A stretch of DNA of 46,407 bases from Candidatus Faecisoma merdavium (GTDB lineage: Bacteria > Bacillota_I > Bacilli_A > RF39 > UBA660), in assembly GCA_018716405.1 (NCBI GenBank), contig DVJX01000042.1:1-46407 (forward strand), in the 5' to 3' direction. The notes under the pieces are model-generated. The model did no database searches. It had not been told where the DNA came from and saw nothing but the letters and a program-made list of their open reading frames with translations. Positions 34,101 to 42,864 of this stretch are shown piece after piece. How positions within the stretch are numbered: the first letter of the stretch is position 1; the number at the start of each line of letters is the position of its first letter. The translations under genes and the position numbers were made by a program.

Positions 34101-34455
34101 ATATAAGACAAATAATGATGGAACAGTAACTGCAACTATTACAACTAATAAGCAAGTTGAAGATATAGCAGGTTGGACAAAAGTAAATGATACAACATAT
34201 ACAAAAACTTATGATAAAAATGTAATAGAAGAAGTTACTTTAACAGCTTTATCTGGAAAAACAGCTACAGTTAAAGTAGAAATAAACAATATTTTTATTG
34301 TAAATTATGTTGCTGACTTTAAATATGTAATAGAAAATATTAAAGAAGGTCAAACAGTTTACATTAATGCAGGATTAGATGAAGAAGTTGAAAATCAATT
34401 AGGAAATTATTTAAATAAATTACCTAATAACACAAATGTTATTTTAACAGGTTAA
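31162..34455 (+). CDS. Large membrane-anchored surface protein with tandem Ig-like domains (N-terminal 1097 codons of a split gene)
   Basis: N-terminal TM helix and an acidic Pro/Glu/Asp/Lys linker. Repeated domain boundaries DTTAP / DTTKP / DTTEP / DNQKP / DTIAP. One DUF5011-like module (DTTAPTVVINGKNDIYVEFGSEYKELGATMTDNVDA). Ends at TAA 34453-34455. Confidence 0.8.
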   Translation: MDKKKVIGIVVFIVLGLVIFTFANPAPSTLDPVDEPGQEDKQPDKDKQPEEGKEDEKDDSETVGNIEDDEEKDESVVDYYQLALEAVIKAEGSLVQDDIDAAKDLINNVNEDLKEDLVNRVENVQNVVDYNKLLTELENKVNSSTNKDELNSARDYNTTNDLANKLASLNDDVNKTNLLNRYNVLLPKLNDTTAPMVSGVLNDSYVNDLVSLTISDDASFIATLNGENYITGAEIKEDGVYTLVVVDSSFNDTVVTFTIDTTKPTFNYTNGKIVKEGTLVFDDANFDYIKLYNHITKETEIIYANEFVFDGNINVDNLRYDITGCDKAGNCTSTFNLYHDTTEPVVSGTAKIGSKEVEFINGGTYKKVTLNITDGSLKEVILLNNNEVLKTFKDNFNSSIKMEFEQTFIEDGNYKIKAIDRAGNYEIIEFTIDNQKPIVNGIKDGEYYQSVVITVDDTSKLGSMHFKRNGKKYNYELGTELKEDGNYSFYITDVAGNKSEVINFVIDNNPADYNAVNFNVVSGYNDHNGTYFYATFGDVIYAHIRTNEILRENPTFTLTIGNEKIVLSGDKVNFKDEEKEEYTYLYSINYELPQEERFENLQNVEVKLEISNVVDKAGNVTLDKKTQQNIINITNSNKVFIDTTAPEKSGLVILGGNYNVEDKTRYANEDTNIYVYAIFNEKLGTVPTVKIDGKEYVMDTLFENNGTYRYYSREVKAENLDEGLVEFEVYGYKDAVGNKGRVLSNIDIIEPSQSKVIVDTIAPTISISGTEGLNKNEYRIESGTPISLEDMLATATDASFGGEIKIEPKKVDFLAPGSVIEDNIYNYDYKANGFDTRKVGRYDIYYQVTDKAGNVSEEKLMMLVMTDTTAPTVVINGKNDIYVEFGSEYKELGATMTDNVDATITNLKPTQIVLYDLNGNHIKDVTTTGVNTNVEGKYLLYYDYEDGAGNSSKTDNGYTPYQAKRWVIVEDTVGIIPSVTYKTNNDGTVTATITTNKQVEDIAGWTKVNDTTYTKTYDKNVIEEVTLTALSGKTATVKVEINNIFIVNYVADFKYVIENIKEGQTVYINAGLDEEVENQLGNYLNKLPNNTNVILTG

Positions 34456-35022
34456 TTTAATTTAGGTACGCTATATATTAATAATGTTTTAAATATTAGT
34501 GGTAATAATGCAAATATTACAGCTGATAGAATTCAAATATCTGAAAATGGTAGTTTAAAAGATTTATCAATTGTTTTAAATGGTAATGGAAAAAATAATG
34601 AAGTTAAAGTTCAATTGAATGGTAATGGTAGTTTAGATAATTATACTGTAAGCAATGTAACAATTTTAGGTGGATATAGAGGTTTAAATATTCATGGTGT
34701 AAACAATGCTATAGTTGAAAATGTTAAAGTATCAAATGCTTCATATGCTTCTTTAGCAGTTGCAAGTTCTAATGTAGAAGTTTCTAATTGTGATTTTGCT
34801 AATGTAAGTAGTTTCTTTGGTGGAACAATTGTTGTAAATTATAAAGAAAATAATAATGATTATCCAATCGTTTCTAAGGTTAATATAGACGATAATAATG
34901 CAATTGATGGAATCATAAAAATAGAAGGTTATAAATTAGGTAATGATGCAATTTTTGCAAATCCTGATGAATGGACTTTAAGAAAGAATATAATTTTAGG
35001 ATATTATTATTCAAAAAATTAG
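34456..35022 (+). pseudogene. In-frame continuation of the surface protein (beta-helix-like C-terminal region) after a single TAA
   Basis: The same frame as 31162-34455 stays open for 188 more codons (FNLGTLYINNVLNISGNNANITADRIQISENGSL...VSNVTILGGYRGLNIHGVNNAIVENVKVSN...). The only terminator is after 35022. Track ORF 34615-35022 is its 3' part. Confidence 0.65.
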
Positions 35023-35047
35023 TCATTGAAAAAATGACTTTTTTTTG
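35021..35047 (+). terminator. Rho-independent terminator
   Basis: AGTCAT-TGAAAAA-ATGACT followed by a T run of 8. Confidence 0.75.
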
Positions 35048-35113
35048 TAAAAAAATGTAAATAAATAAAGTAATTATTACAAATAATGGTATAATATATC
35101 TAGGTGGTTAATA

Positions 35114-36433
35114 ATGAATAGATTAATAATTATGTTATCTAAATTATCTTATTTTATATTACATAAATTAGGTAGAGGAACAGCTTTTCCAGGTAAAATA
35201 GCTTTAAAATTAAATAAAAATATTTTAAATTACTTTGAAATGCCAAAGACTACTATTTTTATTACTGGTACAACGGGTAAGACTAGTGTATCAGGAACCT
35301 TATATGAAATCTATAAACATAGTGGATATAAAGTAGTAGCTAATTTAAAAGGATCTAATTTAATAGATGGTGTAACAAGTGCAGTAATAGAAGCAAGTAA
35401 AATTAATGGTAAAACAAAAGTTGATGCTTTAGTTATTGAAGTTGATGAAAGATATGTAAAAGAAGTATTTAAATTTATAACACCTAAATATTTTATTATA
35501 AATAATTTATCTCGTGATCAATTAGCTAGAAATGGTCATTATGAATTAGTATTTAAAGAAATAGATAAAAGTATTGATGAAAAAACTCATTTAATTTTAA
35601 ATGCTGATGATCCATTAGTAACGAAGTTTAGTTTAGGTAAGAAAAATAAAATTACTTATTATGGCTTAAAAGAAAATAAATATTCAACTAAGAAAAATAG
35701 AATTGACACTTTAGATTTAGCTTATTGTCCAAAATGTCATAAAAAATTAATATTTGATTATTTTAATTATGGTAATTTGGGTTATTATCATTGTCCAAAT
35801 AACGATTATAATAGACCAAATTGTGATTTTGAAGGAACATTAACTAAATCATTAAAAGTAGAAGATGAAACAATTAAATTAAATAATACTGCTTTATACA
35901 ATGCTTACAATATTTTAGTAAGTTATGCAACAGCAAGAATTGATAATGTAGATAAAGAAAAGATAGTTGAATCTTTAAATAATCTATCAACTAAGGTTAA
36001 AAGATTAAATGAATTTAGAGTAAAGAACAATAAGGGAACACTATTATTAAGCAAAAATGAAACACCATTATCTTATAATCAATCCTTAGAATATGTTTCT
36101 AAAGAAAAAGGTAATAAAACAGTTGCTATTGGTTTTACTAGAATAAGTGGTAGATATGATTTAAAAGATTTATCTTGGATATATGATATTAATTTTGAAT
36201 TGTTAAATGATAAAAGTATTGAAAAAATTATTTTAATTGGTCCATTTGCGTATGATTTAGCTGTTAGATTAAAAACTGCTAATGTTGATCCTAAAAAATT
36301 TTTATATTGTTTAGATTATAATAATTCATTAGATTACTGTATGAAACACGCTAAAGGTGATTTATATTGTTTATTATATTTTGATTTAAATTATTTATAT
36401 ATTGGAAAGTTGAAAGAAAGAGGTTTATTATGA
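35114..36433 (+). CDS. murT: Lipid II isoglutaminyl synthase subunit MurT (Mur-ligase family plus DUF1727)
   Basis: P-loop GTTGKTS. C4 ribbon CPKCHKK...CPNNDYNRPNC. C-terminal DLSWIYDINFE segment. Translationally coupled to a GatD homologue. Confidence 0.85.
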   Translation: MNRLIIMLSKLSYFILHKLGRGTAFPGKIALKLNKNILNYFEMPKTTIFITGTTGKTSVSGTLYEIYKHSGYKVVANLKGSNLIDGVTSAVIEASKINGKTKVDALVIEVDERYVKEVFKFITPKYFIINNLSRDQLARNGHYELVFKEIDKSIDEKTHLILNADDPLVTKFSLGKKNKITYYGLKENKYSTKKNRIDTLDLAYCPKCHKKLIFDYFNYGNLGYYHCPNNDYNRPNCDFEGTLTKSLKVEDETIKLNNTALYNAYNILVSYATARIDNVDKEKIVESLNNLSTKVKRLNEFRVKNNKGTLLLSKNETPLSYNQSLEYVSKEKGNKTVAIGFTRISGRYDLKDLSWIYDINFELLNDKSIEKIILIGPFAYDLAVRLKTANVDPKKFLYCLDYNNSLDYCMKHAKGDLYCLLYFDLNYLYIGKLKERGLL

Positions 36434-37050
36434 AAATAGCTTATTTATATTATGATTTTCTTAATTTATATGGTGAATCTGGAAATATTAAAATAATTAG
36501 TAATATATTAAAATATAATAAAATAAAACATGAAATATTATATTTATCTTTAGATGATGAACTAGAATTTGATAAATATGATTTAGTTTATATTGGATCA
36601 GGTACTGAAGATAATTTATTAATTGCTTTAAAACATTTATCTAAATATAAAAACGATATAAAAAAATATATTGAAGATAATAAATTTATGTTAGTTACTG
36701 GTAATAGTGTTGATATGTTTGGTAAAAAAATAGATGATAATAAAGCATTAAATATATTTGAATATGAAGTTACTAAAGGTAAGAGAAAAATGGAAGAAGT
36801 TTATCATAATAAAATATTAGGCTTTATTAATAACAATAGTTATAATAATAACTATTGTGATACAGATATAATTAGACATAATAATTTTTATGGTACCTAT
36901 ATTTTAGGTCCAATATTAGTTAGAAATCCATATTTAGTTAAACAATTTTTAAATGATTTAACTAATAAAAAATTAAAATATGATTTAAAATTAGAAACTA
37001 AAGCTTATAATGAATTTATCAAAAATTTTAAGGAGAATACAAATGAATAA
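36430..37050 (+). CDS. gatD: GatD-like glutamine amidotransferase subunit lacking the catalytic Cys and His
   Basis: ATGA overlap with murT. N-terminus YLYYDFLNLYGESGNI is typical of GatD. The nucleophile elbow reads LVTGNSVDMFG, the His segment reads GTYILGPILVRN, and the HGGR segment reads NNNSY. Confidence 0.75.
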   Translation: MKIAYLYYDFLNLYGESGNIKIISNILKYNKIKHEILYLSLDDELEFDKYDLVYIGSGTEDNLLIALKHLSKYKNDIKKYIEDNKFMLVTGNSVDMFGKKIDDNKALNIFEYEVTKGKRKMEEVYHNKILGFINNNSYNNNYCDTDIIRHNNFYGTYILGPILVRNPYLVKQFLNDLTNKKLKYDLKLETKAYNEFIKNFKENTNE

Positions 37051-37528
37051 TGTAGTAGATGTTATAATAGAAATACCATTAAAAACTAAAAATAAATTTG
37101 AAATAGATAAAAAAACTAATAGAATAAAGTTAGATAGAGTTTTATACTCTGCTATGAGTTATCCGGCTGAATATGGTTATATTGAAAATACTTTAGCTAA
37201 TGATGGTGATCCATTAGATATATTAGTAATATCATCAGAACCAACTTTTCCAGGGTGTGTTGTTCCTGCTAGAGTAATTGGATATTTGAAAGTTATAGAT
37301 AATGGCTATGAAGATTATAAATTAATATCAGTTGTTGCCGTAGATCCTAGATATAATGATGTAAATAGTTTGGAAGATTTATCTAATTTTACTTTAGACG
37401 AAATTAAAGATTTTTTCAAAAACTATAAGACATTACAAAATATTGATGTAAAAGTGTATGATTATCATGATAAAGAAGAAGCAATTAAATTAATTGAAGA
37501 ATGTAAAGAAAGGTATTTAAGAAAATAA
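37043..37528 (+). CDS. ppa: Family I inorganic pyrophosphatase
   Basis: EIPLKTKNKFEIDK, YPAEYGYI, and the DGDPLDILV signature. SD AAGGAG precedes ATG 37043. Confidence 0.9.
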   Translation: MNNVVDVIIEIPLKTKNKFEIDKKTNRIKLDRVLYSAMSYPAEYGYIENTLANDGDPLDILVISSEPTFPGCVVPARVIGYLKVIDNGYEDYKLISVVAVDPRYNDVNSLEDLSNFTLDEIKDFFKNYKTLQNIDVKVYDYHDKEEAIKLIEECKERYLRK

Positions 37529-37585
37529 ATATCTTTTTAAATTGAATATAAAGTTAAAATATGATATTATTAATATGGTGATATA

Positions 37586-38521
37586 ATGAAGAAGATAAGT
37601 GTTGTTTTGACATTAATATTAATTATGTTTATTAGTTATTATGTTTATAATAATTATTTTAAAAAAGAAGAGATAAATTTAGTTGAAATAAATTTAAAAG
37701 AATATAGTAATCAAGTAAAAGATATTATTAATAATAAAAATTATAATTTAGAAACTACAAATATTGATATTAATTGGTTAAATGATAATTTAGAATCTAT
37801 TGTATCTTGTAAAGAAGTTTATTATTCAAATCAAGATTTAGTGTTACTTCATGATTGTAGTATTAATAGTGAAGGAAATTATTATTTTTATGATAAAGAA
37901 TATAGTTATAATGATGAATATATTAAATTATATAATGATATTAAAAGTCAGAATATAGAAATAGAAAAAGGAAATTTATTAAAAGATTTAGCTATTATTG
38001 ATTATTCTTATGATGTTTTAGAAGTTAATAAATGTGCTACTGATGGTATATGTGATGTAGGAACTATATTTATTATTCAAGTAAATCAAATGGAAAGTTA
38101 TAAGTTTTATGTATTAGAAGATGATGGAGAAAAAGTTAAATTAATTATGGATAAAAATTTAGTAAATAATGTAGCATATGCTCCATCAGACAATTTGTTA
38201 GGTCCGGTTGAAGCTATTAAATACTTAAAGCAAGCAACTGATAATTGGACTAATATTTTAAATAGAAATTACAAAGTTGTTGATAATAAATACAATATTA
38301 GTTATGAAAATTTAAGAGCAACTTTACCAAGTTATGAAGATATATATAAATTAAAAGATGAAACATTTATATATGATAATACTGATAAGTTTGGCTATTG
38401 GTTAAGTACTGCTGATAGTAAGTCATTTTATGCTTTTAGTGTTACTGATAATAATATAAAAGTAACTGATGTAAGTATGGATGATTTAGGTATAAGACCA
38501 GTTATAGAAATATATAAATAA
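37586..38521 (+). CDS. Membrane-anchored hypothetical protein with DUF6273-like C-terminal segment
   Basis: N-terminal TM helix. The C-terminus (FGYWLSTADSKSFYAFSV...DDLGIRPVIEI) parallels WWLRTA...GVAPAFRI of the 21095 gene. Confidence 0.5.
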   Translation: MKKISVVLTLILIMFISYYVYNNYFKKEEINLVEINLKEYSNQVKDIINNKNYNLETTNIDINWLNDNLESIVSCKEVYYSNQDLVLLHDCSINSEGNYYFYDKEYSYNDEYIKLYNDIKSQNIEIEKGNLLKDLAIIDYSYDVLEVNKCATDGICDVGTIFIIQVNQMESYKFYVLEDDGEKVKLIMDKNLVNNVAYAPSDNLLGPVEAIKYLKQATDNWTNILNRNYKVVDNKYNISYENLRATLPSYEDIYKLKDETFIYDNTDKFGYWLSTADSKSFYAFSVTDNNIKVTDVSMDDLGIRPVIEIYK

Positions 38522-38531
38522 GGAGTTTTAA

Positions 38532-40655
38532 ATGAACGAAGATATAATAAAAAATACAAGTATAGAATTAAATATAAAACCAAATCAAGTAAAAACCGTT
38601 TTAGAATTATTAAGCAATGGTAATACAATACCATTTATTGCTAGATATAGAAAAGAAGCAACAGGTGCTTTAGATGAAGAACAAATAAGAAAAATTAATG
38701 AAATATATGAATATCAAGTTAATTTATTAAAAAGAAAAGAAGATGTAATTAGATTAATTGATGAAAAAGGATTATTAACGGATGAATTAAAATCTCAAAT
38801 ATTAAATGCTAATAAATTAGTAGAAGTTGAAGATTTATATCGTCCATTCAAAGAAAAGAAAAAAACAAAAGCTACTGATGCCATTAATAATGGGTTAGAG
38901 CCCTTAGCTAAAATAATTATGTCTTTTCCTTTAAAAGAAATAGATTATTCTAAATTTATTAATGAAAAAGTTAAAACCATAGATGAAGCTATATTAGGTG
39001 CTAAATACATAATTGCTGAGTGGATTAGTGATAATGCATATTATCGTAAATCAATTAGAAATTATACATATAAAAATGGGATAATTGTTACTAAATTAAA
39101 AAAAGATGCAGTGGACGAAAATAAAGTTTATGAAATGTATTATGATTATCAAGAGAAGGTAAGAGAAATAAAACCACATCGTATTTTAGCTATTAATCGT
39201 GCTGAAAAAGAAAAAGTAATTACAGTTAGTATTGATGTAAATAAAGAGGATATAATTAATAATTTAAAATCTAAAATAATTAAAAATGATAAATCACAAG
39301 TTACAGATATAGTAATAGATGCTATAAATGATGCTTATAAGAGATTAATTGAACCATCAATTGAAAGAGAAATAAGAAGTGATTTAACTGAAAAAGCAGA
39401 TGAAGTAGCTATTGATAATTTTGGTAAAAACTTAGAAAAGTTATTATTACAACCACCAATGAAAGATAAAATGGTATTAGGATTAGATCCTGCTTATAGA
39501 ACAGGATGCAAATTAGCTGTTTTATCTCCAGTTGGACAATCATTAGAAATTGCAGTTATATATCCTCATGAACCAGTAAAAAAATATGAAGAAGCTAAAA
39601 AAATAGTATTAGACTTAATTAGAAAATATAATATTGATATTATTGCTATTGGTAATGGTACAGCATCAAGAGAAAGTGAAGCTTTTATCGCTGATGTAAT
39701 TAAAGAATGTGATAGAAAAGTAGAATATATAATTGTAAGTGAAGCAGGAGCTAGTGTTTATTCTGCTAGCAAAATTGCAATCGAAGAGTTTCCTGATTTA
39801 ACAGTTGAAAAAAGAAGTGCAATTAGTATTGGTAGAAGATTACAAGATCCTTTAGCTGAATTAGTTAAAATTGAACCAGAAAGTATTGGAGTTGGATTAT
39901 ATCAACATGATGTTTCAAATAAAAAATTAACTGAAAGTTTGGATTTTGTTGTTAGTAGTGCTGTTAACAAAGTTGGGGTTAATGTTAATACAGCTAGTCC
40001 ATCTTTATTTAAATATGTATCAGGTATAACTAAAAAAAATATTGAAAAAATATTAGATTATCGTAATAAAAATAGAATAAAAAATCGAAATGAATTAAAA
40101 AAGTTATTATCTGATAAAACTTATGAGCAAGCAATTGGATTTTTAAGAGTTGTAGATGGTACTAATCCTTTAGATGCAACTAGTATTCATCCTGAAAGTT
40201 ATGATATAACTTTAAAATTATTAAATATGTTACATTTAGATGTTAAAGATTTAGGTAGTGAAAAGATTAATAATTTAAATATTGATGTAGAAGAATATAG
40301 CAAAAAATTAAATACTGATATTTATACATTACAAGATATCATAGATTCTTTAAAAAAACCTAATCGTGATCCACGTGATGAAATGCCTAAACCTATTTTA
40401 AAAAGTGATATATTACATATTGAAGATTTAAAAATTGGTATGAAATTACAAGGAACCGTAAGAAATGTTGTTGATTTTGGAGTATTTATTGATATCGGTT
40501 TAAAAAATGATGGATTAGCGCATATTTCTAAATTAACTGATAAATATATTAAACATCCAATGGAAGTTGTTAATGTTGGTGATATAGTTGATTGCTATGT
40601 TGATAGTATTAATTTAGAAAAAAATAAAGTTTCTTTATCGTTATTAGAAAGGTAA
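38532..40655 (+). CDS. tex: Tex-like transcription accessory protein (YqgF, HhH and S1 domains)
   Basis: IPFIARYRKEATG start. YqgF-like LGLDPAYRTGCKLAV. C-terminal S1 domain GMKLQGTVRNVVDFGVFIDIG. Confidence 0.9.
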   Translation: MNEDIIKNTSIELNIKPNQVKTVLELLSNGNTIPFIARYRKEATGALDEEQIRKINEIYEYQVNLLKRKEDVIRLIDEKGLLTDELKSQILNANKLVEVEDLYRPFKEKKKTKATDAINNGLEPLAKIIMSFPLKEIDYSKFINEKVKTIDEAILGAKYIIAEWISDNAYYRKSIRNYTYKNGIIVTKLKKDAVDENKVYEMYYDYQEKVREIKPHRILAINRAEKEKVITVSIDVNKEDIINNLKSKIIKNDKSQVTDIVIDAINDAYKRLIEPSIEREIRSDLTEKADEVAIDNFGKNLEKLLLQPPMKDKMVLGLDPAYRTGCKLAVLSPVGQSLEIAVIYPHEPVKKYEEAKKIVLDLIRKYNIDIIAIGNGTASRESEAFIADVIKECDRKVEYIIVSEAGASVYSASKIAIEEFPDLTVEKRSAISIGRRLQDPLAELVKIEPESIGVGLYQHDVSNKKLTESLDFVVSSAVNKVGVNVNTASPSLFKYVSGITKKNIEKILDYRNKNRIKNRNELKKLLSDKTYEQAIGFLRVVDGTNPLDATSIHPESYDITLKLLNMLHLDVKDLGSEKINNLNIDVEEYSKKLNTDIYTLQDIIDSLKKPNRDPRDEMPKPILKSDILHIEDLKIGMKLQGTVRNVVDFGVFIDIGLKNDGLAHISKLTDKYIKHPMEVVNVGDIVDCYVDSINLEKNKVSLSLLER

Positions 40656-40658
40656 AAC

Positions 40659-41063
40659 ATGAAAAAAATAATTATTATATTAAGTTGTTTTTTGTTAACT
40701 GGCTGTTTTGAAAATAGTGGATATATAGTTAAAAGCTGCTATAAAGAAGAAAAATCTAATGATTTAAAAGTTACTACAACTTATACATTTAAATTCAAAA
40801 ATGATATAATTGATGATTTAAATATTACTTATGATAATATTGGTAATAGTAACTCTATATCTTCTGTTAAGCTATCAATTGAATCTCAAAATAAATATAC
40901 TAACTTAGAATATAATGTTTTAATAGATAATGAAACTGAATATAAAATTGAATATATTGTTCCTTTAGATAGTGATAAAGAAGTGTTAGATAAATTAAAT
41001 GTTAAACAAAGTAGAACAGATTTTGTTAATAATTTGAAAAGCTTAGGTTATACTTGTGAGTAG
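40659..41063 (+). CDS. Lipoprotein, hypothetical (possibly YehR/DUF1307-like)
   Basis: Lipobox LLTGC; 134 aa; family assignment uncertain. Confidence 0.55.
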   Translation: MKKIIIILSCFLLTGCFENSGYIVKSCYKEEKSNDLKVTTTYTFKFKNDIIDDLNITYDNIGNSNSISSVKLSIESQNKYTNLEYNVLIDNETEYKIEYIVPLDSDKEVLDKLNVKQSRTDFVNNLKSLGYTCE

Positions 41064-41070
41064 GTGAGAT

Positions 41071-41601
41071 ATGAAAAAGTTATTATTAGTTTTATTAATC
41101 TTTTTGGTAGGTTGTGGGAATGATATTAATAAATTTAAAGAAGAATATGAAAATAAAGAAGGAATAGAAGTTAATATTGATAAAAATAATAAAGTGAAAT
41201 ATATCAATGCAAAAGAAACTGTTGATGTTTTAAAAAATAAAACGGGTATTTTATTTTTTGGTATTGCAAGTGATAATACAACTAGAAGTGTTGTTGAGGT
41301 ATTACTTAAAGTTGCTTCTGATAATAAGTTAACTGTTTATTATTTTGATCCTAATACCGTTCCAGATAAAGATAATGATTCAGATTTTGCTAGAATATTG
41401 GGTATATTAGATAGTTATTTAGAAGTAGAAGATGACAAGAAAACACTTTCAGTTCCAGATGTTTATTTTATCAAGGAAGGAACTATTATGGGAAATCATT
41501 TTGGAAGTGTATTATCATATGATGGAAATAAGTTAAATGAAGAACAAGCTAATGAATTATATGAAAATTATAATAATTTAGCTAAACTAATAAGGAGTTA
41601 A
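41071..41601 (+). CDS. Lipoprotein, hypothetical
   Basis: Lipobox LVGC; 176 aa; no catalytic motif seen. Confidence 0.55.
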   Translation: MKKLLLVLLIFLVGCGNDINKFKEEYENKEGIEVNIDKNNKVKYINAKETVDVLKNKTGILFFGIASDNTTRSVVEVLLKVASDNKLTVYYFDPNTVPDKDNDSDFARILGILDSYLEVEDDKKTLSVPDVYFIKEGTIMGNHFGSVLSYDGNKLNEEQANELYENYNNLAKLIRS

Positions 41602-41603
41602 AA

Positions 41604-42113
41604 ATGGAAAAAATAGTTGAGATATTTATAAATTTATTTGGGGGAATAACTAGTATTGGCTATGGTAAAGAAATATTGATATTTTTAATATCGATGACAC
41701 CAATATTAGAATTAAGAGGTGGCATTTTGGCTGCCGCATTATTAAATATGGATCCTAAAAATAGTTTTATTATTTGTTTAATTGGTAATATAATAGTTAT
41801 TCCAATAGCTTTGTTTTTTTTAGAGTTAATATTTAAATTATTAAGAAAAATAAACTTTTTTGATAAAATTATAACTAAAATAGAGAAAAAATGCTTAAGT
41901 AAGAGAGAACAATTAGATAAATATGGTTATTTAGGACTAATGTTATTTGTTGGAGTTCCTTTACCTGGAACAGGTGCTTGGACAGGTTGCTTTTTAGCGT
42001 CACTATTAGGAATGGATAAGAAAAAATCAGCTGTTGCGGCTATATTAGGTGTTTTAATGGCTGGCGTAATTATGATGATATTATCATTTGGTATATTAAA
42101 AAATATATTTTAA
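41604..42113 (+). CDS. Small multidrug-export-family (COG2426-like) membrane protein
   Basis: ILELRGGILAAALL and VPLPGTGAWTG segments typical of this family, from memory. 4-5 TM helices. Confidence 0.65.
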   Translation: MEKIVEIFINLFGGITSIGYGKEILIFLISMTPILELRGGILAAALLNMDPKNSFIICLIGNIIVIPIALFFLELIFKLLRKINFFDKIITKIEKKCLSKREQLDKYGYLGLMLFVGVPLPGTGAWTGCFLASLLGMDKKKSAVAAILGVLMAGVIMMILSFGILKNIF

Positions 42114-42137
42114 GCATCGATTTATTTCGATGTTTTA
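42114..42137 (+). terminator. Rho-independent terminator
   Basis: CATCGA-TTTATT-TCGATG followed by TTTT. Confidence 0.7.
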
Positions 42138-42198
42138 AAATTACAAAATTGTCATATCATTTTGTTTATATTTAGTGTATAATTTAATTAGGTGATTT

Positions 42199-42864
42199 AT
42201 GAAAATATTAATTGTTGAAGATGATGCTACTATAAGAAGCGGATTAAAGTATTGTTTAGAATATGAAAATTTTGAAGTTGTTGAATCTGTTGGATTAGAT
42301 TGTTTAAACAAATTAGAAAATGTTTCATTAATATTATTAGATATTAATTTACCTGATATAAATGGTTTTGAACTTTTTAAAAAAATAAAAGATATTAAAA
42401 ATATTCCTATAATATTTTTAACAGCTAACGATTTAGAGCCATCGATTGTTATGGGCTTAGATATGGGTGCGGATGATTATGTAACAAAACCTTTCAAAAC
42501 AAGAGAATTAATATCGCGAATAAAAAATGTCTTAAGAAGAAACAATAATGTCGATATAATAAAGATCAGAAACATTTCTATTGATTTAAAACAGGCTAAA
42601 GTTTTTAAAAATGGTATTGATGTTAATTTAACTGCCTTAGAATATAAAATATTATTAACTTTAGCTTTAAATCCTAATCAAGTATTTACTAGAGAAAAAA
42701 TTTTAGCTGATATTTGGGATGTTAATGAAGAATATGTATATGATAATACCCTAACAGTTTATATTAAAAGAATAAGAGAAAAAATAGAAGATGATGTAAC
42801 TAATCCTAAAATTATTAAAACTGTAAGAGGTATTGGTTATAAAATAGGTGATAATAGTGAATAA
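42199..42864 (+). CDS. OmpR-family response regulator
   Basis: Receiver domain (ILIVEDD, LLDINLPD, KPF) plus winged-helix (LTALEYKIL, GIGYKI). Confidence 0.85.
   Translation: MKILIVEDDATIRSGLKYCLEYENFEVVESVGLDCLNKLENVSLILLDINLPDINGFELFKKIKDIKNIPIIFLTANDLEPSIVMGLDMGADDYVTKPFKTRELISRIKNVLRRNNNVDIIKIRNISIDLKQAKVFKNGIDVNLTALEYKILLTLALNPNQVFTREKILADIWDVNEEYVYDNTLTVYIKRIREKIEDDVTNPKIIKTVRGIGYKIGDNSE

Noticed and set aside
12309-34455. In-frame TAA codons (12309-12311, 34453-34455) as evidence for stop-codon reassignment or programmed read-through; also whether TGA is read as Trp (code 4), given the low G+C.
   Set aside because: TAA terminates most well-defined genes here, at positions consistent with full-length family members. 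TGA also ends complete genes (13224-13226, 16600-16602, 29395-29397, 36431-36433), and Trp is encoded by TGG. The standard code fits, so the two TAAs are better explained as nonsense mutations.
41071-41601. The lipoprotein as a thioredoxin-like protein.
   Set aside because: There is only a vague resemblance in secondary-structure pattern. No CxxC motif is present, so the call cannot be supported from sequence alone.
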